Shown: one piece after another, positions 1-8,107 of the stretch
Position numbering within the stretch: the first letter of the stretch is position 1
How the letters are laid out: every line of letters starts with the position of its first letter
Origin: Candidatus Omnitrophota bacterium
GTDB lineage: Bacteria > Omnitrophota > Omnitrophia > Omnitrophales > JACQQS01
Assembly (NCBI GenBank): GCA_016206925.1
Contig: JACQQS010000055.1
Location: 1-62,639 of the forward strand
DNA: 62,639 nt
Reading direction: 5' to 3'
Program-made: the position numbers and the translations under genes
Notes under the pieces: model-generated
Databases searched by the model: none
Told to the model about the DNA's origin: nothing
The model's input: only the letters and a program-made list of their open reading frames with translations

Positions 1-36
1 ACGATTGAATACTTGCCCCGGGGCAAGTATTGGTGA
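1..36 (+). CDS. 3' end of a gene entering from the left edge (possibly the succinate dehydrogenase/fumarate reductase flavoprotein subunit)
   Basis: Frame 1 reads TIEYLPRGKYW, then TGA at 34..36, 5 nt before the ATG of the truncated sdhB 5' copy. Identity is inferred only from its position upstream of sdhB. Confidence 0.3.
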   Translation, partial: TIEYLPRGKYW

Positions 37-40
37 ATGC

Positions 41-84
41 GATGCCGGAATCTGTGCGGTTAAAAATTAAAAGGCAGAATAGGC
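41..84 (+). repeat. Direct repeat copy 1: truncated 5' end of sdhB (44 bp, identical to 389..432)
   Basis: gatgccggaatctgtgcggttaaaaattaaaaggcagaataggc is identical at 41..84 and 389..432. Copy 1 reads MPESVRLKIKRQNR, then diverges and stops after 18 codons. Confidence 0.9.
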
Positions 85-167
85 GGGACCAAGGGTAAGG
101 CAGATGAAGACGGGTTTTTGTTGACAGCTTATTTTGCAAATACTCCTTCTGAAAGGAGGCGAATCGT

Positions 168-389
168 ATGGAAGCGTTAAAAATTCTGGAAGGTAAACCA
201 TCGCTTAACTGGGAATACGATGAAGAAGCGGATGTCCTTTACATTTCTGTTGGTAAGCCGCGCGCCGCTGTCGGAACTGACATCGGGGATGGTGTTATTG
301 TACGTTACGATGCAAAGAAGAGAGAAGTAGTAGGTTTGACCATCACAGGTTTTCGCGCGCGAACCCTTCAAAGTATTTCGGAAAAATAG
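168..389 (+). CDS. DUF2283 family small protein
   Basis: 73-aa ORF. aaggagg lies upstream of the ATG. The pattern WEYDEEADVLYISVGKP...GVIVRYD...VVGLTI is typical of DUF2283. The stop TAG abuts the sdhB ATG. Confidence 0.7.
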   Translation: MEALKILEGKPSLNWEYDEEADVLYISVGKPRAAVGTDIGDGVIVRYDAKKREVVGLTITGFRARTLQSISEK

Positions 390-432
390 ATGCCGGAATC
401 TGTGCGGTTAAAAATTAAAAGGCAGAATAGGC
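389..432 (+). repeat. Direct repeat copy 2 (5' end of the intact sdhB)
   Basis: Identical 44-mer to 41..84. The flanking bases differ on both sides. Confidence 0.9.
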
Positions 433-1133
433 CGCTTCAGGCTCCTTATTGGGAGGAGTTTGAGGTGCCTACGAAGCCTGCGATGAATGTCATCAGCTGC
501 CTCGTGGAAATTGCGCGCGAGCCCAGAACATTTGACGGCAGGAAGACCACTCCGGTTGCGTGGGAATCGAGCTGTCTTGAAGAAGTCTGCGGGGCTTGCA
601 CGATGGTCATTAACGGCCGTGTCCGGCAGGCCTGTTCTACGCTTGTTCAAAACATCGCTCAGCCCGTGGTGATTGAACCTATGCAGAAATTTCCCGTCGT
701 TCGGGATTTGGTTGTAGACCGCTCCTCGATGTTTCGTAATTTGCGGCGCGTCCATGCCTGGATTCCGGCGGAAGGGCGTTTTGAGGGGCCAGCAGGCCCG
801 GAGCACAGCCCGGAGCTTGCCAGAGAGCGTTACGAAATGTCGCGCTGCATGATGTGCGGCTGCTGTCTCGACGCATGCCCGCAGGTGGGTCCGCATTCTG
901 AATTTGCCGGCGCCGCGATTTTGAATCAGATCGAGCTGATGAATTCGCATCCTTCAGGCAAGGACGACGCGGACAACCGCCTTGAAGCCCTGATGACAAA
1001 GGGCGGCGCGGCCGACTGCGGCAATGCGCAGAATTGCGTGCGCGTCTGCCCGAAAAATATTCCGCTCACAGCCTCCATAGCGAAAATCAACAGGGAATTG
1101 ACCGTCAAAATGTTTAAGGATCTGTTTTCGTAG
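390..1133 (+). CDS. sdhB: Succinate dehydrogenase/fumarate reductase iron-sulfur subunit
   Basis: 247 aa. Three Cys clusters are present: CLEEVCGACTMVINGRVRQAC, CMMCGCCLDACP and CGNAQNCVRVCP. Confidence 0.85.
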   Translation: MPESVRLKIKRQNRPLQAPYWEEFEVPTKPAMNVISCLVEIAREPRTFDGRKTTPVAWESSCLEEVCGACTMVINGRVRQACSTLVQNIAQPVVIEPMQKFPVVRDLVVDRSSMFRNLRRVHAWIPAEGRFEGPAGPEHSPELARERYEMSRCMMCGCCLDACPQVGPHSEFAGAAILNQIELMNSHPSGKDDADNRLEALMTKGGAADCGNAQNCVRVCPKNIPLTASIAKINRELTVKMFKDLFS

Positions 1134-1640
1134 ATGCCGAGATCGCCCTCTATTCACGGTTCCGCCTTTGTACATTCGTCCGCCGTTCTCATTGGCGATG
1201 TTTCGGTGGGTGAACATGCAAGCGTCTGGCCTTGCACGGTGCTCCGCGGGGATATCAACTCCATTAAAATCGGCCGATACACCAATATTCAGGATCTGAC
1301 GCTTGTGCATGTGGACAGGGACGCGCCCTGTACGGTCGGAGACTACGTCGTCTGCGGACATCAGGTCACGCTCCACGGCTGTACGATTGGGAATGATACT
1401 TTAATTGGCATCGGCGCAATTGTACTTTCACACGCGGTGGTTGGGTCGCATGTAGTGTTGGGCGCGCACGCGCTCGTTCCGGAAGGCAAAGTGCTCGAAG
1501 ACGGATTTGTGTATTTTGGTTCGCCGGCGAAGAAAATCCGCCCCGTTACGGAAGAGGACAAAAAACGGATTCGAGAAGGCGCCGAGGTGTACGTTGCGCT
1601 TGCAAAACGATATGCGAATTGGGAATTTGCGGAGGAATAG
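1134..1640 (+). CDS. Gamma-carbonic-anhydrase-like / hexapeptide-repeat (LbH) family protein
   Basis: 168 aa. Left-handed beta-helix hexapeptide periodicity (VLIGDVSVGEHASVWPCTVLRGDINSIKIGRYTNIQD). The start abuts the sdhB stop. Confidence 0.7.
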   Translation: MPRSPSIHGSAFVHSSAVLIGDVSVGEHASVWPCTVLRGDINSIKIGRYTNIQDLTLVHVDRDAPCTVGDYVVCGHQVTLHGCTIGNDTLIGIGAIVLSHAVVGSHVVLGAHALVPEGKVLEDGFVYFGSPAKKIRPVTEEDKKRIREGAEVYVALAKRYANWEFAEE

Positions 1641-2807
1641 TTGAACATTCACGAGTATCAGGCCAAAGAGATTTTTCGTAAGTTCGGCATTCCGGTTTCG
1701 GAAGGCCGTCTGGTGACGACGCCGGGGGAAGCGCGTGAAGCTTTTTCTGCGCTCGGAAGTGTTCCGGTCGTGGTGAAGGCCCAGGTCCATGCGGGCGGGA
1801 GGGGGAAGGCCGGCGGAATTAAATTCGAGAAATCCGCCGGCGAGGCCGAAAAGGCTGCGGCCGGAATGATTGGCCTTAAGATGAAAACGCATCAAACCGG
1901 CGGCCTTGAAAAAACTGTTCACAAGGTTTGGATCGAGCAGCTGACGGACATCGCCAAGGAATTTTATTTGGGCGTTACGATTGATCGAGAAGTCGGCTTG
2001 CCGGTCATCATCTTTTCTTCGGCCGGCGGCATGTCCATTGAGGAAGTTGCCGCGCAGAGCCCGGAGCAGATCTACCGAATGCATTTTGAGCCGGACAAGC
2101 TTCCGGACGGAAAGACTCTGCAGGCGTTCGTTTCGAAAGCTCTTTCCAACGCCGACCGGCAGGGAAAGTTTGCCAAAATTGTTGAAAACACTGCCAAACT
2201 TTTTGTTTCTGTTGATGCCTCGCTTGTTGAAATTAATCCGCTCTGTCTTATGCCGGACGGCGGCATTCGTGCAGTCGACGCAAAAATTAATTTCGATGAC
2301 AACGCGCTTTTCCGGCATTCCGATGTGGAAGCGCTTCGCGACCCTCTTGAGGAAGATCCGCGCGAGCGCGAGGCGAAGAAATTTGATCTGAGCTACGTCG
2401 GCCTCAACGGGAACATCGGCTGTATGGTGAACGGCGCGGGGCTTGCGATGGCTACGATGGATATCATCAAGTTGTACGGCGCGGAGCCGGCAAATTTTCT
2501 GGATGTCGGCGGGAATGCGACGACGGAGAAAATCGCAGCGGCATTTAATATTCTCACCTCGGACAAAAATGTGAAAGCCATTCTCATCAATATTTTTGGC
2601 GGAATTGTGCGCTGTAATTTGATCGCCGAGGGGATTTTGGCGGCGCTTAAAAACGTCAAGTTGTCCGTGCCCCTCGTCGTCCGCCTGGAAGGCACCAATG
2701 CCAAAGAAGGAAAGGAATTGCTTGAGAAAAGCGGTGTGAATGTGATCGCGGCAAGCTCTTTATCCGACGCCGCTGAAAAAGCTGTGAAAGCAGTGGGGCG
2801 GGGTTGA
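1641..2807 (+). CDS. sucC: Succinyl-CoA synthetase beta subunit
   Basis: 388 aa. TTG start. The N-terminus MNIHEYQAKEIFRKFGIPV and the ATP-grasp layout are typical of SucC. Confidence 0.9.
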   Translation: MNIHEYQAKEIFRKFGIPVSEGRLVTTPGEAREAFSALGSVPVVVKAQVHAGGRGKAGGIKFEKSAGEAEKAAAGMIGLKMKTHQTGGLEKTVHKVWIEQLTDIAKEFYLGVTIDREVGLPVIIFSSAGGMSIEEVAAQSPEQIYRMHFEPDKLPDGKTLQAFVSKALSNADRQGKFAKIVENTAKLFVSVDASLVEINPLCLMPDGGIRAVDAKINFDDNALFRHSDVEALRDPLEEDPREREAKKFDLSYVGLNGNIGCMVNGAGLAMATMDIIKLYGAEPANFLDVGGNATTEKIAAAFNILTSDKNVKAILINIFGGIVRCNLIAEGILAALKNVKLSVPLVVRLEGTNAKEGKELLEKSGVNVIAASSLSDAAEKAVKAVGRG

Positions 2808-2810
2808 AAT

Positions 2811-3759
<949 letters not shown>

Positions 3760-3773
<14 letters not shown>

Positions 3774-3793
3774 CAGCTGAGAGCTGAAGGCTG
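3760..3793 (+). terminator. Perfect 12-bp-stem hairpin overlapping the sucD stop codon (no U-tract)
   Basis: cagccttcagct (3760..3771) pairs with agctgaaggctg (3782..3793). The downstream sequence is not T-rich, so terminator function is uncertain. Confidence 0.3.
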
Positions 3794-3820
3794 ACAGCTT
3801 ATGATGTACAGGATAAATTT

Positions 3821-5170
3821 ATGATGAATCTGGATAATGCTTACGATGATTTTCTTGCAGGGCGAACGGATCGTGTGCCGAAAGCCATTGCGGAATACGA
3901 GGAAAAAGTCCATGAAAGCCTCGTGAAATTCGGCCGCTTCACCGTCCCAACTTTTTACAAAGCCCACTTCGTTACGCCGGAGCAGGAAAAACTGTTGAAG
4001 CGTGTTACTCAGGTGACGACGGGTGTTCTTGACAAGGTGGTGAATCTTTATTTCACGGAACCTGCTTTGGCGCCCATGTTTCACTTGAGTGACGCCGAGC
4101 GGCAGCTCATGCAATACGATCCGGGCTATTCGCGGACGGTTTGCATTGCGAGACTGGATTCATTCATGGATGGCGACGACCTGAAGCTTGTCGAGTTTAA
4201 CTGCGACTCGCCGGCGGGTGTTGCGTACGCGGATTTGCTTGAGGAGATGCTTTGCGAGTCCAGCCTGTTCAAGGAATTTCTCCAAAATCATGCCGTGAGG
4301 CATGTTTCGCGGAGGCAGCATTTGCTGGATACCCTGCTTGCGCAATACTCGGAATTCGGCGGTGGGAACTCGAAACCCAATATTGCCATTGTGGATTGGC
4401 GGACCGTACGCACGAGACCGGAATTTGAAGCGCTTAAGATTTACTTTGAGGAAAAAGGCTTTCCGACCACCATTGTCGATCCGCGCGATCTGGAGTTTAA
4501 GAACGGAAAACTATGCGACGGGGATTTTAAGATTGACATTGTTTACCGCCGAGTGATTTTTGGAGAACTTTTGGACAAGATTGATGAGTGTCAGGATTTG
4601 ATTACTGCATACAAGTCGCGCGCGGCTTGTGTCGTAAATCCGTTCCGCTCGCGTCTGGCGGCAACGAAGGCGGTCATGTCCATACTCACGAATCCCGAGT
4701 TCAACCATTTTTTCACGGATGAGGAAAATGAAATCAAGGAGAGGCACATTCCCTGGACGCGCCGCATTGTTGATGCCGAGAAATTTTACGGCGGAAGAAA
4801 GGTTTATCTGCTCGATTTCCTTAAGGACGAAAAGGAAACGCTTGTTCTGAAACCGGCCAGCGGTTACGGCGGCACGGATGTTGTGCTGGGCTGCGAGACT
4901 ACGAATGACAATTGGAACAAGGCCATCGATAAGGCGCTCAAGGGGGATTGGGTGGTCCAGGAATGCGTGCGCATTCCCACCATGAGCGTTCCCATCGTCA
5001 TCAACAACAAGCTGGAGTTTGTCCTGAAAAAGATAAACTTGAATCCCTTTGCGTTGAACGGGCGGTACGGGGGAAGCCTTTCGCGTTTAAGCGACGAATC
5101 CATCATCAACGTATCGCATGGCGGCGGACTGGTTCCTACCCTGGCTACGGAAGAATTCCACCAAAGATGA
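3821..5170 (+). CDS. ATP-grasp superfamily protein (resembles circularly permuted / glutathione-synthetase-like ATP-grasp proteins); function unknown
   Basis: 449 aa. The patterns ARLDSFMDGDDLKLVEFNCDSPAG and LVLKPASGYGGTDVVLG recall pre-ATP-grasp/ATP-grasp motifs. Assignment is by pattern memory only. Confidence 0.4.
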   Translation: MMNLDNAYDDFLAGRTDRVPKAIAEYEEKVHESLVKFGRFTVPTFYKAHFVTPEQEKLLKRVTQVTTGVLDKVVNLYFTEPALAPMFHLSDAERQLMQYDPGYSRTVCIARLDSFMDGDDLKLVEFNCDSPAGVAYADLLEEMLCESSLFKEFLQNHAVRHVSRRQHLLDTLLAQYSEFGGGNSKPNIAIVDWRTVRTRPEFEALKIYFEEKGFPTTIVDPRDLEFKNGKLCDGDFKIDIVYRRVIFGELLDKIDECQDLITAYKSRAACVVNPFRSRLAATKAVMSILTNPEFNHFFTDEENEIKERHIPWTRRIVDAEKFYGGRKVYLLDFLKDEKETLVLKPASGYGGTDVVLGCETTNDNWNKAIDKALKGDWVVQECVRIPTMSVPIVINNKLEFVLKKINLNPFALNGRYGGSLSRLSDESIINVSHGGGLVPTLATEEFHQR

Positions 5171-5904
5171 TCGTTTACGATTTTCATGTTCATTTGGGCA
5201 AGAGCCGGGACGGCGGTTCGCTGACGGCCGCGGAGCTTGGACACCAGATGCGCAAAAGCGCCATCCGGCGCGCCGTTGTTTTTGCGGTGGATGAACTGGA
5301 TATCGGTCTAACGTTTGAACCGCAGAATAGAAAAATCATTCAATTAGCGGAGCGGAATCCGGCGATCATTCCTTTCTGCCGTCTGAATCCGCGGAATCGA
5401 AGCGCGGCCCTCATTGAACTCCGCCGCTGCTACCGGTCCGGATTTAAGGGACTTAAACTCCATCCGCGTTCTGAAAAAATAGCCTACAATTCGATCGATT
5501 TTCTCCTGGAAGAGGTCAGCGGTTACGGATGGCCGGTGATCATGCATTCCTCCCATGAGAAGAATTGCATGCCGGCGCTTTGGGAAAAAACGTTTAAGCG
5601 GTTTAACAAGATTTCCTTTATCCTTGCACACGGTGGCAAGGATAGTTATCAGGAAGCCATTGATGTGGCCCGGCGCCGGAAAAATGTTTTTCTGGAAACC
5701 TCCACATTATCGTTCAACAGAACCCAGGTAATTCTGAGGCAGCTCGGACCCCGCCGCATTGTTTTTGCTTCCGATGCGCCTTATTCGCATATGCTGATTG
5801 AGCGGAAGAAATACGAGCTTCTCTGCGGAAAAAGAGATCTTCAATACATCTTCGAGAAAAATGCCCGCCGTATTTTGAATCTTGCCGCGGCTCCCTATGC
5901 CTAA
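5167..5904 (+). CDS. Amidohydrolase-family metal-dependent hydrolase (TIM barrel)
   Basis: Start moved to the ATG at 5167 (ATGA overlap with the upstream stop). The N-terminus MIVYDFHVHLG carries the HxH metal motif. The ORF-track extension from 4948 overlaps the previous gene. Confidence 0.6.
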   Translation: MIVYDFHVHLGKSRDGGSLTAAELGHQMRKSAIRRAVVFAVDELDIGLTFEPQNRKIIQLAERNPAIIPFCRLNPRNRSAALIELRRCYRSGFKGLKLHPRSEKIAYNSIDFLLEEVSGYGWPVIMHSSHEKNCMPALWEKTFKRFNKISFILAHGGKDSYQEAIDVARRRKNVFLETSTLSFNRTQVILRQLGPRRIVFASDAPYSHMLIERKKYELLCGKRDLQYIFEKNARRILNLAAAPYA

Positions 5905-6307
5905 CCCCCGCGTATTCGATATTGAAGAGGCACATGAAGTGATCCGCGCCGCGAGTCCGCTTCTGGTCCGTGTGAAGGAAAAGCAGATGCGGGTTCAGGC
6001 CGAGCATGATCAAATTCTGATTTTGGATCTGATGCGGGGAGAGGAAGAGATCCATTACGATTCCGGGGAAGGCCGTGAATACGTAACGCGTTCCCGTCAG
6101 CTTGAGGATTTGATCCAGTCGTTCCAGGAGGATATTATCGAAATCAACCGGCTGGGTTGCGTTCTGAAAGACATTAAGAGGGGGCTTTTGGATTTCTTTC
6201 ACATCAAAGGCAAGGAATTGGTTTACCTGTGCTGGCAGCTCGGCGAAGACCGTATCCGGTTTTGGCACGACATAGACGAGGGTTTTGAAGATCGCAAGGA
6301 GTTGTAA
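5882..6307 (+). CDS. DUF2203 family protein
   Basis: 141 aa, with an alternative start at 5897. GCVLKDIKRGLLDFFHIKGKELVYLCWQLGEDRIRFWHDIDEGF matches my recollection of the DUF2203 C-terminal signature. Confidence 0.6.
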   Translation: MPRLPMPNPRVFDIEEAHEVIRAASPLLVRVKEKQMRVQAEHDQILILDLMRGEEEIHYDSGEGREYVTRSRQLEDLIQSFQEDIIEINRLGCVLKDIKRGLLDFFHIKGKELVYLCWQLGEDRIRFWHDIDEGFEDRKEL

Positions 6308-6315
6308 CGCACCGC

Positions 6316-7164
6316 ATGCCTGAGTTACCCGAAATAGAAGTTATCAGAAAAACTCTGAGCGGGCATTTGGCCGGTCTTACAGTCAGCGGCGTAACCATTT
6401 TAGAACCGTTTGTGCTTACGGCCGCCGCAAAACAGGGCCTCACACAGGTTATCAGAGAACGCGTGCTCGAAGTGAATCGCTGGGGCAAGTGTCTCATCAT
6501 CCATTTGAGCGGTGGGAAGTCCGTTTTAATTCACCTGCGTATGACCGGAAGACTGCTTTGGAGTTTGGAGGAACCGGTAACGCAGCCCGCGACACACAGA
6601 CACGTGCTGTGGTATTTTTCACGCGGCCGGGAGAAACAGGGCGTTTTGACGTATCAAGATGTCAGGAAATTCGGGAGAATCGATGTTATTCGGAAAGCGG
6701 ATTTAAAGCGTTCGGAAATTCTCCGGCGGTTCGGTCCGGATGTGCTGGCACTCACAAAGGATGAATTCATTTCGCGCCTGCGGGGGAAAAAGGCGCGGAT
6801 TAAAGCAGTTCTCCTGGATCAACAGGTCATGGCCGGCCTCGGGAATATTTATGCGGATGAAATTTTGTTTGATTCGGGCATTCACCCCAAAACGGAAGCG
6901 GCCGGGCTTGAAACCGGAGCGCTCGCACGGCTTTTCGATTCTGCGCGGCGCATTCTTAACGAAGCCATCTGTCAGGGCGGTTCGACCATGAGGGATTACG
7001 TGCATACGGACGGTGTTCCGGGCTCATTTCAGCATGCTCACCGGGTTTACCGGAAAACCGGGCACGCGTGCGCGCGCTGTGAATCCGTCATCGAAAGTGG
7101 TAAAATTGCCGGGCGTACCAGTTCGTACTGTCCGCATTGTCAAAAGGAGCTGAAAGCCGCATGA
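6316..7164 (+). CDS. mutM: Formamidopyrimidine-DNA glycosylase
   Basis: 282 aa. N-terminal MPELPEIE (catalytic Pro2). C-terminal zinc finger CARCESVIESGKIAGRTSSYCPHCQ. Confidence 0.9.
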   Translation: MPELPEIEVIRKTLSGHLAGLTVSGVTILEPFVLTAAAKQGLTQVIRERVLEVNRWGKCLIIHLSGGKSVLIHLRMTGRLLWSLEEPVTQPATHRHVLWYFSRGREKQGVLTYQDVRKFGRIDVIRKADLKRSEILRRFGPDVLALTKDEFISRLRGKKARIKAVLLDQQVMAGLGNIYADEILFDSGIHPKTEAAGLETGALARLFDSARRILNEAICQGGSTMRDYVHTDGVPGSFQHAHRVYRKTGHACARCESVIESGKIAGRTSSYCPHCQKELKAA

Positions 7165-7706
7165 TTTTGCCCAAGAAATGTTTTCTTACCAAAGGCGCGG
7201 GTGTTCACCGTGAAAAACTATCCAGTTTTGAGCTGGCGCTGAGAGATGCAGGTATCGCGCCGTTCAATATCGTACGTGTCTCGAGTATTTTCCCGCCCCA
7301 TTGTAAAATTATCCCGAAACAGACGGCGCTGAAATATCTTTCAATGGGACAGATTGTCTATGCGGTTGTAAGTGAGTGCGCCACCAACGAACCCAACCGC
7401 TTGATCAGCGCTGCCACGGGCGTCGCGATTCCAAAGAACCCGAGGAATTACGGATATCTCTCGGAGCATCACGCGTACGGGCAGACGGAGAAGGCCGCGG
7501 CGGATTATGCGGAGGATCTGGCTGCGTCCATGCTCGCGACCATCCTCGGTGTGCAGTTTAACCCCGATGACAGCTACGATGCGCGCAAACAGCAATGGGA
7601 AATCTCCAATGAGATCGTTCGATGTACCTCCATTGCCCAGTCGGCGCGCGGACCCAAGAACGGGGATTGGGTCTCGGTCATTGCCTGCGCCGTTTTAATT
7701 GCCTAA
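7161..7706 (+). CDS. pdaD: Pyruvoyl-dependent arginine decarboxylase
   Basis: Start at ATG 7161 (ATGA overlap with the mutM stop). MILPKKCFLTKGAGVHREKLSSFELALRDAGIAPFNIVRVSSIFPP is typical of PdaD proenzymes. Confidence 0.75.
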   Translation: MILPKKCFLTKGAGVHREKLSSFELALRDAGIAPFNIVRVSSIFPPHCKIIPKQTALKYLSMGQIVYAVVSECATNEPNRLISAATGVAIPKNPRNYGYLSEHHAYGQTEKAAADYAEDLAASMLATILGVQFNPDDSYDARKQQWEISNEIVRCTSIAQSARGPKNGDWVSVIACAVLIA

Positions 7707-7877
7707 ATGTAAGCTATTTAACTTGGGGCAGTTCCGAAAATTATATTAAAGATTTTTCTATCGATACACTCCTCGTGAAAAATACCATTCGTAGTCAAAG
7801 GTAGTTATTTTCATAAATTACTTAATATAAATAACTTACATGTATAAAAAAATGCTTGTAAAAATGCTTATTAAGAA

Positions 7878-7906
7878 TTGACAAATGCGAATCCATTGGG
7901 TAACCT
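7878..7906 (+). promoter_or_regulatory. Possible sigma70-type promoter in the AT-rich spacer upstream of the island
   Basis: TTGACA (7878..7883), a 17-nt spacer, then TAACCT (7901..7906). The -10 is weak. Confidence 0.3.
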
Positions 7907-7935
7907 TCAGTAGTCCTAAAATATCGAAGAAGGTT

Positions 7936-7977
7936 ACTGCCTGGGAAGCAGCGTGCTTCTAGGCAGTCGGTGTTTTT
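7936..7977 (+). terminator. Terminator/attenuator-like hairpin followed by a T-run
   Basis: actgcct..gaagca / tgcttc..aggcagt forms an interrupted stem of 7+6 bp, followed by cggtgttttt. A second short hairpin plus T-run lies at 8032..8060 (cttcga gttt tcgaag ttttttcttttt). Confidence 0.35.
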
Positions 7978-8107
7978 GCCCATTCTGAACGAAGTTTAAT
8001 AAGTCGCGCGAATCTGTATTTGCTTCAAACGCTTCGAGTTTTCGAAGTTTTTTCTTTTTCGCAATTATTTTTGACTCTTAAAAAGCATTGAAAGGGGTTG
8101 GGGCAAA

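Noticed and set aside
119-142. TTGACA at 119..124 was considered as the promoter for the DUF2283 cassette.
   Set aside because: No acceptable -10 hexamer lies at 16-18 nt spacing, so it is not reported as a feature.
4948-5166. 73-codon upstream extension of the amidohydrolase ORF.
   Set aside because: It overlaps the 3' end of the ATP-grasp gene in another frame. The ATGA-coupled start at 5167 gives the canonical MIVYDFHVH N-terminus.
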